64,000 nucleotides of DNA from Candidatus Omnitrophota bacterium (GTDB taxonomy: Bacteria; Omnitrophota; Gorgyraeia; Gygaellales; JBFMHM01), in contig JBFMHM010000001.1 of NCBI GenBank assembly GCA_040753015.1, forward strand, positions 147,157 through 211,156, given 5' to 3'. Each line of letters starts with the position of its first letter. The stretch's first letter is position 1. Of this stretch, positions 1 to 8,904 are shown piece by piece. The notes under the pieces were generated by a model. It searched no databases. It saw only the letters and a list, made by a program, of their open reading frames with translations, and was not told where the DNA came from. Position numbers and translations under genes: made by a program.

Positions 1-1
1 C

Positions 2-2509
2 TGTCTGGCCATAAGAAACAACCTGCGCCTGATTGCCATAATCATCGTAAACATAGGAGGTACGAATCTGCTTAATATCTTCATTAAGCCCATAAATAAA
101 ATTATTTTGTTCGTTCAAAAAAACAATATTTATAAATTTTTGTGGGTCATTTGGATTATTTATCTGACGATGATCCCAAGTAAATTCTTGCTTAGAATAA
201 ATAATTCCGTCACCATCTCTTATCTCGCTTAAGTAAGGCCTACCTGCTAAAATATTATCTTGATTAAAATAAGTTATCGTATTAACATTCTCCGCATCAG
301 TCATAATAACTTTGTTGAAACCTCGAAATTCTCTTTCCTGCGTATCGTATTTTCCACCTTCATAAGAATAGGTTGTCGTATAAGAATTAGCGCGTCCATC
401 ATTAGTTGTAATTCTCGAAACAACCTGTACAGAAAAAGGTAAATCACATCTATCATCTTCTCCTGTATTATCAAACCGTATAGAAGATGCATATTCTATT
501 TGAGTTATGCCGCCAAAACCATTTGATATTTCCTTCAAAAGGCCATCTGGTGTACCCTGAACATCTGAAATAAACCAATTACCAGTTGCTTCATCAAGAA
601 ATCCCGGGCAGATCATGCCACTATAATTATACGCCCCTAACAATGGAAATTTATCTCTACCAAAATCTTGCAAAAAGTTATCTTGGCTCGTTATAAAACT
701 ATTGCCGTTAGAATAAGCAACCTGCCAATTGCCAGTAGTTTTATCAAATACTACCGCATCACTAAAACCATCATTATTCATATCAACAGCCATAGAAATG
801 CCATCATTAAAGTTTACCGGCCAATTCTGAGCTTGATCAAAAGAGTTGCCATTAGAAAATCTTATTGTCCAATTATTGCCATTCTTTTGCCAAATATCCG
901 TTAACCCATCACTATTAAAATCGCCTGTCTGAAAAGCATCTAAACTAAACGGAATTTCTCCTAGATCGTTAAAAGCTGAGCTATTAGACTGAAGTTTTTT
1001 CCACCACGGGATATTGTGATTTGGATCTCGAAAAGGAATTCTTACGTAAACATCAGTCAAGCTATCTCCATTAAAATCACCCTCTAAAAATCCCCATTGC
1101 CCATCCCCACTTTCTCCTTGATATTCACTTGACCAATTACTAACTATAAAATTTTCACCTCCAGATACAGCTACTTTATATAAATACGTATATATTAAAT
1201 AACGCGCTGGCGGTGGCCCCCAATTCACGCTTGCAATATTGGGAGAAAATAAATCTGATATACCATCGCCATTAAAATCACCAATAGAGATTGGAGCGCA
1301 ACCATCCCAATCTTGTGGAATATCAAAATTATTGGCATTCGATAAAGCTACTCTTGTTCTACCGTTACCCCATAGGCCTACATCTGTTAAACCATCGCCA
1401 TTAAAATCACCTGAAAAAATAGATCCACCTGTAAAACCTTCGATCCAATTATGTCCGAGATTAATTGTATGATCATTTTCTGTATAAGTAAAAGTAATCG
1501 GCGGATATGAAACCATACCATCACTGCCAAAAATATTAATTGAATTAAGCATAGAGGCCCTTGCTTTTATACTATATTGATAATTCAAAACGTATTTTCT
1601 AACCAATGAGTTACTATAGTTAACCACGATTTCTTGAAGCCGTTTTGCAGTTACAATTGCAAAACCAGAACGATAATTTGAAAATAAATCTTCTCTATCC
1701 TCATAATTAAATACTATTGAATAACTAGGCAAATCATGCGTAACATCATTTCCAGTATAATTAATTTCCGAAATATACAATTGGTTTTGGTCTTTTAAGT
1801 ATTCGAGGCTTACATAATTACCAAATTGATCTTCAATTCTATCAAGATACCAGGCAAAATTATTTTGTTGCGCATCCTGGCTAAAACCAAATCTATATTT
1901 CATCCCATTTTTATCAGTAACTAGCCAATAAGTATTAAAAAATTCTATTTTTAAAAATGATGCTTCAGTCTTTTGACGGTATTGATTATTACCCATATCC
2001 ACTAACTCTTGCTCTGCGCCACCCATATTTAATATAAAAGTATCGCTATTAGTATAACTAGGCATACCTTTCTTGGTGGAGCGCGCAATTAAGGGAACGT
2101 CTAATGACCAACCCTTACCACAAATACCGTTAAGCTGGCTAGAAGTATAATTCAACGATAAATTCGGCTGAACATTTTTTCTACCCGCCGGAACAACTAT
2201 CGGAATAGATAAATTTAGCTTCCCCGTAAAGGGATCAGTTTTAACAGTTTTTAAAAAATTAGAATTGGAAGTACTTGATTCTGGTGGATCTGGATTTAAA
2301 TCTACTCCCGCAGCAACTGCCATATTGTTTAATTGAGGTAATTCAATATCTGCGCCATTTCGCTTGTTAGAGCTAGCTACAATATTAGAATTATCCTGCT
2401 GTTGTTTTATCTTTGGCTTAGTCTGAGCAAATAATTCCATATTAAAATTAACGAATAGCAAATGGGTAAAAATAAGAAATATACAAAATAATTTTTTTAA
2501 TAATTTCAT
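2..2509 (-). CDS. Secreted SpvB/TcB-like, FG-GAP repeat, TcdB-midN, RHS/YD-type protein (3' partial, runs off window)
   Basis: Absent from the ORF track because it has no stop in the window. Manual translation from ATG 2509 (ATGA overlap with upstream stop): MKLLKKLFCIFLIFTHLLFVNF signal; SpvB-like DPFTGKLNLSIPIVVPAGRKNVQPNLSLNY..GICGKGWSL and WYLDRIEDQFGN; five GDFNGDG-type repeats; TcdB-midN-like LLKEISNGFGG..YSYEGGKYDTQEREFRGFNKV; YVYDDYGN at the edge. Confidence 0.88.
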   Translation of the reverse strand, partial: MKLLKKLFCIFLIFTHLLFVNFNMELFAQTKPKIKQQQDNSNIVASSNKRNGADIELPQLNNMAVAAGVDLNPDPPESSTSNSNFLKTVKTDPFTGKLNLSIPIVVPAGRKNVQPNLSLNYTSSQLNGICGKGWSLDVPLIARSTKKGMPSYTNSDTFILNMGGAEQELVDMGNNQYRQKTEASFLKIEFFNTYWLVTDKNGMKYRFGFSQDAQQNNFAWYLDRIEDQFGNYVSLEYLKDQNQLYISEINYTGNDVTHDLPSYSIVFNYEDREDLFSNYRSGFAIVTAKRLQEIVVNYSNSLVRKYVLNYQYSIKARASMLNSINIFGSDGMVSYPPITFTYTENDHTINLGHNWIEGFTGGSIFSGDFNGDGLTDVGLWGNGRTRVALSNANNFDIPQDWDGCAPISIGDFNGDGISDLFSPNIASVNWGPPPARYLIYTYLYKVAVSGGENFIVSNWSSEYQGESGDGQWGFLEGDFNGDSLTDVYVRIPFRDPNHNIPWWKKLQSNSSAFNDLGEIPFSLDAFQTGDFNSDGLTDIWQKNGNNWTIRFSNGNSFDQAQNWPVNFNDGISMAVDMNNDGFSDAVVFDKTTGNWQVAYSNGNSFITSQDNFLQDFGRDKFPLLGAYNYSGMICPGFLDEATGNWFISDVQGTPDGLLKEISNGFGGITQIEYASSIRFDNTGEDDRCDLPFSVQVVSRITTNDGRANSYTTTYSYEGGKYDTQEREFRGFNKVIMTDAENVNTITYFNQDNILAGRPYLSEIRDGDGIIYSKQEFTWDHRQINNPNDPQKFINIVFLNEQNNFIYGLNEDIKQIRTSYVYDDYGNQAQVVSYGQT
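760..1411 (-). repeat. FG-GAP/VCBS-like peptide repeats within the TcB-like gene
   Basis: GDFNGDGLTD, GDFNGDGISD, GDFNGDSLTD, GDFNSDGLTD, VDMNNDGFSD; DNA ccatcgccattaaaatcacc recurs near 1263 and 1392. Confidence 0.8.
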
Positions 2510-3711
2510 CTTGGTAAATCCGGTGGCTTTTGAATTAATTTTAATCGAATTTGTTTATAAACCTGGATTCCGGCGTTTCGTATTTCAATACCTATGATAT
2601 TATTTCCTACGCGTTGCTGCGCCGGTTGCCAAACATAAGAATTATTTGAGCTAAAATCTTGAACAACCATATTATTTATTATAAATTTATATTCTAAAGT
2701 TTGCCCTTGAGCATCGACATTAATTTGTAATGGAATAGGAAAATTAATATACTGCAAACTTTTATCGGAAGGCGTGGTTGATATAATTCTAAATGGCAAA
2801 TTAAATTCGCTTAAAACAACATCGTCTAAATACGCTTCTCCATTAATAGAAACCACAAACCTTAAGTCCCCGGCTTCTTCGGGACTAATAACTATTCTTT
2901 CATGCTTAGTCCATTCCCCTAAATTTCGAAATATATAATTCCTTCCTTCTATATCGGTATTAGAACTACGCCAGCCAACACGTGGATTAATTGTCCCCTG
3001 AATTATCTTATACCATAAGGTAAGTTTAAAGGCTTGGTTTTGTTTGTTGCTAAGATGATGCTGTTGGATAGCCCCGTTTACTATATGTAAACTTTGTTGG
3101 CCATCATGAAGATTAAGTTGTGACTTTTCTTTCACGAGAGGTTCTCTGCCATATCTTTTCCAGGCATCACTACCGGCCAGTTCCATGTCGCCATCCTGAA
3201 GCAAATTAACAACTTCTTCTTGCGTTTCTTCTATGGTTATGTCATCTAAATAGACTTCTCCATTAGCAACAATTACCAATCGCAAATCACCAATCCTTGA
3301 AGGACTAGCTATTATTCTCTCAAATTTTATCCATTCTCCTCTACTATTAAAAACGGTTACCTTACCTTCAATGTCTGAATTTGAAGTTTTCCAGCCCATC
3401 CATAGCCGCATTGAACCATTTACTATCTTGTACCACATAGTAAGCTTAAAGCGCTGATTTTGTTTATTGCTTAGACGAATTTGTTGAATGCCTTGGCCGC
3501 CTGCAATAACATGTAGGCTTTGCTGACCATCATGTGTTTCAATTTGTGACTTTTCTTTTATTTGTAGAGCTCCGTAGCTTATCCAAGCATCCACACCAGC
3601 TAATTCCATATCGCCGTCTTGAATAAGATTTTGTGCATAAATAGTAGGAGTGATAAAAAATAGTAAAACAAGAAGTGAAATTACAAAAAGTATATTCTTA
3701 AGTTTGAGCAT
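2506..3711 (-). CDS. Secreted protein with two tandem CBM4/9-like domains and a C-terminal Ig-like domain
   Basis: Signal peptide ending IYA-Q; duplicated NL(I/L)QDGDME...YLDD(I/V) domain typical of CBM_4_9-like jelly rolls; C-terminal LEYKF..QDFSSNNSYVWQP. Confidence 0.65.
   Translation of the reverse strand: MLKLKNILFVISLLVLLFFITPTIYAQNLIQDGDMELAGVDAWISYGALQIKEKSQIETHDGQQSLHVIAGGQGIQQIRLSNKQNQRFKLTMWYKIVNGSMRLWMGWKTSNSDIEGKVTVFNSRGEWIKFERIIASPSRIGDLRLVIVANGEVYLDDITIEETQEEVVNLLQDGDMELAGSDAWKRYGREPLVKEKSQLNLHDGQQSLHIVNGAIQQHHLSNKQNQAFKLTLWYKIIQGTINPRVGWRSSNTDIEGRNYIFRNLGEWTKHERIVISPEEAGDLRFVVSINGEAYLDDVVLSEFNLPFRIISTTPSDKSLQYINFPIPLQINVDAQGQTLEYKFIINNMVVQDFSSNNSYVWQPAQQRVGNNIIGIEIRNAGIQVYKQIRLKLIQKPPDLPR
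2812..3630 (-). repeat. Internal tandem domain duplication (aa 28-160 and aa 169-300)
   Basis: Both copies share QDGDMELAG, KEKSQ, HDGQQSLH, LSNKQNQ, WYKI, DIEG, GEW, GDLR, NGE.YLDD. Confidence 0.9.
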
Positions 3712-3730
3712 ATTTTTATGATTCTTAGTT

Positions 3731-3739
3731 ATTATATCA
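3731..3739 (-). promoter_or_regulatory. Putative extended -10 promoter for the CBM/TcB-like pair
   Basis: TGaTATAAT on the minus strand about 20 nt upstream of ATG 3711; AT-rich background lowers confidence. Confidence 0.4.
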
Positions 3740-3767
3740 CATCATTAAAAACAAAAAATACTATTAA

Positions 3768-4403
3768 TTATCCCGTTAATTTAAAAACAATATAAACGCT
3801 CATCTCAACATATGAACTATCAATATCTTTTGGAATAGGCAAAAATGGTGATGCGCGATTAACTGTAGCAATAGCTTCATTATCAAGTATATCAAAACCC
3901 GAAGACTTTTTTAATTGCACATCGCTTACTCTACCGTCAGATAAAATTATAAAAGAAATATAAACAACGCCTTCAATTTCTTGTTTTTTAGCCCAATCAG
4001 GATATCTTTTTGCCTGCTGGATTTTTCTTTTTACTGTATCCTGATAACGAAGCATTGCTTCATTTTTGTGGTTTATTACTTTTATCCGCTCATCAGAAGA
4101 TGTCTTCTTAACAATTGATTTATCATAAGTTTCTAATCCTTTATTAGATTCTGAAAATTCTTGCGATTTTTGCAAAACATTTTTGTTCTGAACAGACTTT
4201 ATCTCTTTTAATTTTATTTCATTATCAATTTGTCTTATGTCAGGAATTAATTCTGCTTTGTTAATTGCAATTTGGATATTTATATTTTTATTTTTTTCTT
4301 TAGATAAATTTTTTATTGGATAATAAACGCCTCCTAATATAAATATATGCCCAACCAATGAACCAGCAAAAGCTAATAGAGTAATATTTTTATTTTGAAT
4401 CAT
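3768..4403 (-). CDS. tonB: Energy transducer TonB
   Basis: N-terminal TM with His; C-terminal YPDWAKKQEIEGVV..SSGFDILDNEAI; start set at MIQNK (ATG 4403). Confidence 0.85.
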   Translation of the reverse strand: MIQNKNITLLAFAGSLVGHIFILGGVYYPIKNLSKEKNKNINIQIAINKAELIPDIRQIDNEIKLKEIKSVQNKNVLQKSQEFSESNKGLETYDKSIVKKTSSDERIKVINHKNEAMLRYQDTVKRKIQQAKRYPDWAKKQEIEGVVYISFIILSDGRVSDVQLKKSSGFDILDNEAIATVNRASPFLPIPKDIDSSYVEMSVYIVFKLTG

Positions 4404-4794
4404 TCTCTTGCCTAGTTGCAATAACTAAATTATCGACTCCACATTCCTTAGCAATATCCATTACACTTATTGCCAAACCTAAGTTTATTTTTTCATCGGC
4501 CTTCATTATTAGTTTTTTATCTTCGCCTTTAAAATAATCTCTAAGTATTGAATTAAGATTCTCATGTTTAACTTCTTCTTGATTCACATATATTTTATTA
4601 TCTTTACTAATAAATAATACTACTAACTCATCTTTATGTATTTCGGCGGCTTTTGCTTGAGGTAAAGTTACGGTAATGCCTGGATTAGATGAGATATGAT
4701 AACTAAGCATAAAAAATAAAAGAAGATTAAAAACTATATCTATAAGAGGAGCGATATTTAATTCAACCTTAGCACGTTTTCGTTTTATATCCAT
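4390..4794 (-). CDS. exbD: ExbD/TolR
   Basis: LNIAPLIDIVFNLLLFFML motif; KADEK. Confidence 0.92.
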   Translation of the reverse strand: MDIKRKRAKVELNIAPLIDIVFNLLLFFMLSYHISSNPGITVTLPQAKAAEIHKDELVVLFISKDNKIYVNQEEVKHENLNSILRDYFKGEDKKLIMKADEKINLGLAISVMDIAKECGVDNLVIATRQENDSK

Positions 4795-4805
4795 ACTATT
4801 CCTTT

Positions 4806-5414
4806 TTATATTAACAATGAATCGTCCTCAATAATTTCTATACTAATATCTTTGATATCATCTAGCATATTATTTACCTTTGTTTCAAAATAATGATGAA
4901 AAGCCATTGCCGGTATTGCAACAAAAAGACCAAATGCAGTTGTAATTAAAGCTTCCCATACACCGCCAGCTAGGGAAGCTACATTAGCTGCCCCTTGTAA
5001 ATTCTGTATTTTCATAAAACAATTAATCATCCCTGTTACGGTGCCAGTTAAACCAAGCAAAGGTGAAATATTAGCAATAATTGCTAAAAAATCGATATTT
5101 TTTTCTGCTTTACGAATAATTCTTGTAGCATACTTAGTTAAAATGCGATCTCTGTCTTCTCTTGTCCTGGTACGAATACGTATAGCAATGCCTAAAATAT
5201 GTGCGATATACCCCGAAGATGACTCACATAACTCTAGCGCTTCATCAATTTTTTTCTGTTTAAGTAAATTTCTCACGCGAGCATCGATATTAGGCGCACT
5301 TGAACGATTAGAATAAAAATAATATAATCGCTCTATTATAAACGCTGCTGATGCAATAGAACAAAGAAGTATAGGCCACATTAATGGCCCGCCTTTTAAA
5401 AACCATAACCACAT
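4806..5414 (-). CDS. exbB: ExbB/MotA/TolQ proton channel
   Basis: GGPLMWPI; SPLLGLTGTVTGMI; GGVWEALITTAFGLFVAIP. Confidence 0.92.
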   Translation of the reverse strand: MWLWFLKGGPLMWPILLCSIASAAFIIERLYYFYSNRSSAPNIDARVRNLLKQKKIDEALELCESSSGYIAHILGIAIRIRTRTREDRDRILTKYATRIIRKAEKNIDFLAIIANISPLLGLTGTVTGMINCFMKIQNLQGAANVASLAGGVWEALITTAFGLFVAIPAMAFHHYFETKVNNMLDDIKDISIEIIEDDSLLI

Positions 5415-5428
5415 ATTAACCTCTCTTG

Positions 5429-7345
5429 TTAAAACTTACCTTTCATGCCAAAATGCCAAAAACGCCTTTTAGTATTATAACCATTAACTTCTTGATAAAA
5501 CCTATTGAATATATTTTCAATCCTAGAGTATATCTCAAAATAATCATTGAAGTAAAATGATGCTGCAAAATTACAAACTGTGTAATCTTTTAATCTATTA
5601 TTGGGATTACCGGCAAAACTATCATATATTTTTATATTGCGCGTTGCATCAAAAGTAAGGTCTAATTTTTTTATAGGGCGCCAATTAACTGTTAAAATAT
5701 GTTTATTATTTGGCCTGCGAATAAGATGTAAATCTGCTGATAAATCCATTGCATCAACATAAGCAAAAGAATACCGAGTCGATAAACTATCTAACGGTCT
5801 CCAAATAAGCTCTGCTTCAATACCTTGCGTTTTAGCACTTCCCCTATTAACATACATCCCAAAAGGATAAGCCGGAATTCTTGGATTTGGCATATCTGAA
5901 TCAAATTCAAGCAAATCTTTAAAACGATTATGAAAATAGGTTACGCTTAACAATAAACGATTGGCGAACAAACACTGCTCAAGACCAGCGTCATACCCCC
6001 ATGATTTTTCTGCTTCAAGATTTGTATCACCATATAGCGAAAAAAGCTGGTAGATAGATGGTGCTTTAAACCCAGTTCCATAGCTTCCCTTAAAGCGCGT
6101 TGCAGTAGGAAATAAATATGAAAGAGCGACCTTACCAGTAGGATACGTGCCAAAACGTGAATGACGATCAATCCTTATAGCTAAAGTATTAAACAATTTA
6201 TTATTTAAACCAAAATTATTTTCTATATAAAAACCTTCTCGATTTGCACTAACTCGATTCAGATCTCCATAATTACAATGTTCTAATCCTGATTCGTAAG
6301 TATACTGAAATCCTGGAATAAGCATATCGGAAATATTGTCTGGTAAAGAAAAAACCTTTCCTAAATCTAGAACGTGCTGCCAATTTGTTTCTTGGCCCCA
6401 CGCCTTAAACATATCCCAATATTGATCAGAATCATCAGTATATTTACGCACATTACGTAACCAACTATAATCTAAATTATGGCTCCATTTGTCATTAATA
6501 CGTTGTTCGCCAAAAAGCGTAATTAAACAATTTTCATACTTACTCCATTGATCAACGTCATCTCTAGGGCTATTTGTAGCAAAATCCCAGGAATCGATAT
6601 CTATTTTTGCGCGCACATAAGAAGATTTTATACCAAATTCGACATCCTCATTTGGCTTATAGCTAAATTTTCCGCTAAAGTTATTATTCTGATAAGCATC
6701 TCTCTCTGCGCCACCTCGTGCTTTAGAAAAACCCCTACTATCCTGCCTTGAGCCTTCAGTTGAATAATAAAATTTTCCTAGCGACCCAGAAATACCTAAG
6801 CCTTCGGTAAATGTTCTTTTTGATGCGCTGTCACTATAAAAATTAAATTTTGGCTTTCCTTTACCTTTACGAGTAATAATATTTATCACGCCGCCCATTG
6901 CATCGGACCCAAAAAGTGAACTCTGCGGCCCTTTAACGATTTCGATTCTTTCTACATTATCTAACATAAGATTGGCTAAATCATAAGAAGAATCTGTTGC
7001 TATTGGATCATACAAACGAATTCCATCCATCAAAACAAGCGTATTTCCAGAAGGGGCGCCCCGCAAGAATACAGAAGTTGTTCCGCCAAATGCACTATTC
7101 GAAGCAAGGTCTATGCCAGCTTCTAAACTTAAAGCATCTTTAACAGAAAGATATTTCTTCTCTTCAATTTTTTTTCGATCAATAACAATAACTGAACTGC
7201 CTGTTTGAGCAACATACTCTTCGATCCTAGAAGCACTAACTAAAACCTGCCCTAAATCATAAGTTAAATCTTTCTCTTCATCTGCAGCTACATTCACACT
7301 AAAGCACAAAACTAAACCTATAAACAATGCTATTACTTTATTCAT
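5429..7345 (-). CDS. btuB: TonB-dependent cobalamin receptor
   Basis: Plug motifs LVLMDG and VERIEIVKGPQSSLFGSDAMGGVINIIT; terminal Phe; cobalamin riboswitch directly upstream. Confidence 0.88.
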   Translation of the reverse strand: MNKVIALFIGLVLCFSVNVAADEEKDLTYDLGQVLVSASRIEEYVAQTGSSVIVIDRKKIEEKKYLSVKDALSLEAGIDLASNSAFGGTTSVFLRGAPSGNTLVLMDGIRLYDPIATDSSYDLANLMLDNVERIEIVKGPQSSLFGSDAMGGVINIITRKGKGKPKFNFYSDSASKRTFTEGLGISGSLGKFYYSTEGSRQDSRGFSKARGGAERDAYQNNNFSGKFSYKPNEDVEFGIKSSYVRAKIDIDSWDFATNSPRDDVDQWSKYENCLITLFGEQRINDKWSHNLDYSWLRNVRKYTDDSDQYWDMFKAWGQETNWQHVLDLGKVFSLPDNISDMLIPGFQYTYESGLEHCNYGDLNRVSANREGFYIENNFGLNNKLFNTLAIRIDRHSRFGTYPTGKVALSYLFPTATRFKGSYGTGFKAPSIYQLFSLYGDTNLEAEKSWGYDAGLEQCLFANRLLLSVTYFHNRFKDLLEFDSDMPNPRIPAYPFGMYVNRGSAKTQGIEAELIWRPLDSLSTRYSFAYVDAMDLSADLHLIRRPNNKHILTVNWRPIKKLDLTFDATRNIKIYDSFAGNPNNRLKDYTVCNFAASFYFNDYFEIYSRIENIFNRFYQEVNGYNTKRRFWHFGMKGKF

Positions 7346-7351
7346 TTTCTA

Positions 7352-7468
7352 CTCCTTCCCGCGAAGGGATTAACCAAGCTAAATGATCGACCGGGCTCAT
7401 TCGCTTATAGGCGACATTACCGTTGCGGGGCAGCCCCTAGGATTCCACCAGGAGTTCCTTCACTTGCC
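7352..7468 (-). ncRNA. Cobalamin riboswitch, compact form, probable translational control of btuB
   Basis: Minus strand aaggaa-ctcctggtggaatcctaggg-gctgccccgcaacggtaa...tgagcccgg; hairpin ccttc-gcgg-gaagg covers SD aaggag; gcggg is complementary to L5 cccgc (kissing loop). Confidence 0.85.
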
Positions 7469-7472
7469 TAGA

Positions 7473-8162
7473 TTAATTATTTTTTTCAACTACCCTATAT
7501 TCTTTAATATCCAAAAACCAATGTTTCCAAAAACCTTCTTTTAGAATCGGTTCACTTTTAGTAATCTCGATTCTTTTTTTAAATATTGGCCCGTCAACAA
7601 CAAATGTATGAAATTCACCATTTTCACCGCACGGGCAGACATTTTTTGCAACAAACTCTCTAACTAAATCTTTTGTCACCTCCTTTCCTATAAAACTGCT
7701 GTCTAATTTTTCTGCTTGTGCGCTTACAACAACTGCCTTAAAACCTAAATCAATAAACTCATTCATAATATTAAGCGGATTTTTATTCCAAAGCGGCTCA
7801 ATTGCATTAATATCTATTTCACCACATACACGTTCAACCCAACTAATATGATCTAGTAAATAAATATCGCCAAAAACCATGTTAACAATGCCTTCTTCTT
7901 TTAGTTTAACTACTGCTTCTTTAAATTCCTCTTCATATTTTTTCATATCAGCAGTAACTTCTTTTTGCACAAGAGGTATCCCAATGCACTCAGCCTGAAA
8001 CTGAATAAGTTTGTTTTCAATACCATGAAAACATCCGCGCTTTGAATCCCGCGAAATAAAATTTAAAAGATAGCGAACATCATAACCTGAATTTAGCGCT
8101 TTATAAACCGCAAAGCAACTATCTTTTCCACTACTCCAAGATGCAATGGCTAAATTATCCAT
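7473..8162 (-). CDS. DUF71/MJ0570-family PP-loop ATPase (diphthine--ammonia ligase-like)
   Basis: SWSSGKDS PP-loop; FGDIYL; PCGENGEFHTFVVDGPIF; start set at MDNLA. Confidence 0.9.
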   Translation of the reverse strand: MDNLAIASWSSGKDSCFAVYKALNSGYDVRYLLNFISRDSKRGCFHGIENKLIQFQAECIGIPLVQKEVTADMKKYEEEFKEAVVKLKEEGIVNMVFGDIYLLDHISWVERVCGEIDINAIEPLWNKNPLNIMNEFIDLGFKAVVVSAQAEKLDSSFIGKEVTKDLVREFVAKNVCPCGENGEFHTFVVDGPIFKKRIEITKSEPILKEGFWKHWFLDIKEYRVVEKNN

Positions 8163-8904
8163 GTAAAAACCTCTCAATTATAACAATACTAAATAAAATA
8201 ATTAATTCACCTAATTCATTTACTGCCCCAAGCGTATCCCCAGTAATCCCATCAATTTTATTGCTTATTTTAAAATTAATTAAATATATAGATATACTAC
8301 CCACTGCCATAACCAATAACCCTTTAAACTGCCAAGTGATAAATACGGAAATTAAAGTTAAAACTGTAGCAATAATAAAAATTTCTCTATTAATCCCTTC
8401 CATGTATATTTTTGCTTTGCCACTAGCCCTAGCATAAGGAAATAGAAAAATTGACAAAACAACGTTGTAACGGCTTAAAACGCACATCAAAATAAACCCT
8501 ACGTTTATAAGCGAGAAATTGAGCGAAAACAATAAGGCAATTTTTGCGAGAATAACAGAAACAATTGCTAAAACACCCATTACGCCCACATGCGAATCAT
8601 GCATAACATCAAGCATTCCATTTTTGCTTTTCCTGCTCAACATTGCATCAGAGGTATCTGCTAATCCATCCAAATGCAAACCTGCAGTAATTATAACGAG
8701 AGAAATAACTAAAAATACTGCGCTTGCTAAAGTGCCAAAATGCAAAAAATTTAAAAAATTGTTCAGACAGGATAAAATTAACCCAATTAATAAACCAACT
8801 AGTGGAAAACAAATTAACGAATTAACAATATTCTTTTCGGAAATAGTTTTTAATCTAATTGGAATTATTGTTAAAAATTGAAGTGCTAATAAAAATTCTT
8901 TCAT
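8155..8904 (-). CDS. cobS: Adenosylcobinamide-GDP ribazoletransferase
   Basis: LQFLTIIP; GLHLDGLADTSD; MHDSHVGVMG; GITGDTLGA. Confidence 0.95.
   Translation of the reverse strand: MKEFLLALQFLTIIPIRLKTISEKNIVNSLICFPLVGLLIGLILSCLNNFLNFLHFGTLASAVFLVISLVIITAGLHLDGLADTSDAMLSRKSKNGMLDVMHDSHVGVMGVLAIVSVILAKIALLFSLNFSLINVGFILMCVLSRYNVVLSIFLFPYARASGKAKIYMEGINREIFIIATVLTLISVFITWQFKGLLVMAVGSISIYLINFKISNKIDGITGDTLGAVNELGELIILFSIVIIERFLHG

Noticed and set aside
260-1472. Short ORF-track ORFs at 260-442, 301-492, 668-904 and 1239-1472
   Set aside because: Antisense or off-frame shadows of the long minus-strand TcB-like ORF; PSPLKSP is the reverse complement of GDFNGDG
2-7345. TcB-like/CBM genes as part of the B12 regulon
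   Set aside because: A 56-nt spacer with its own candidate extended -10 separates them from tonB and no functional link is evident; read-through cannot be excluded
7473-8162. Diphthamide pathway in a bacterium
   Set aside because: No other dph genes in the window, EF-G is ordinary bacterial, and the context is B12
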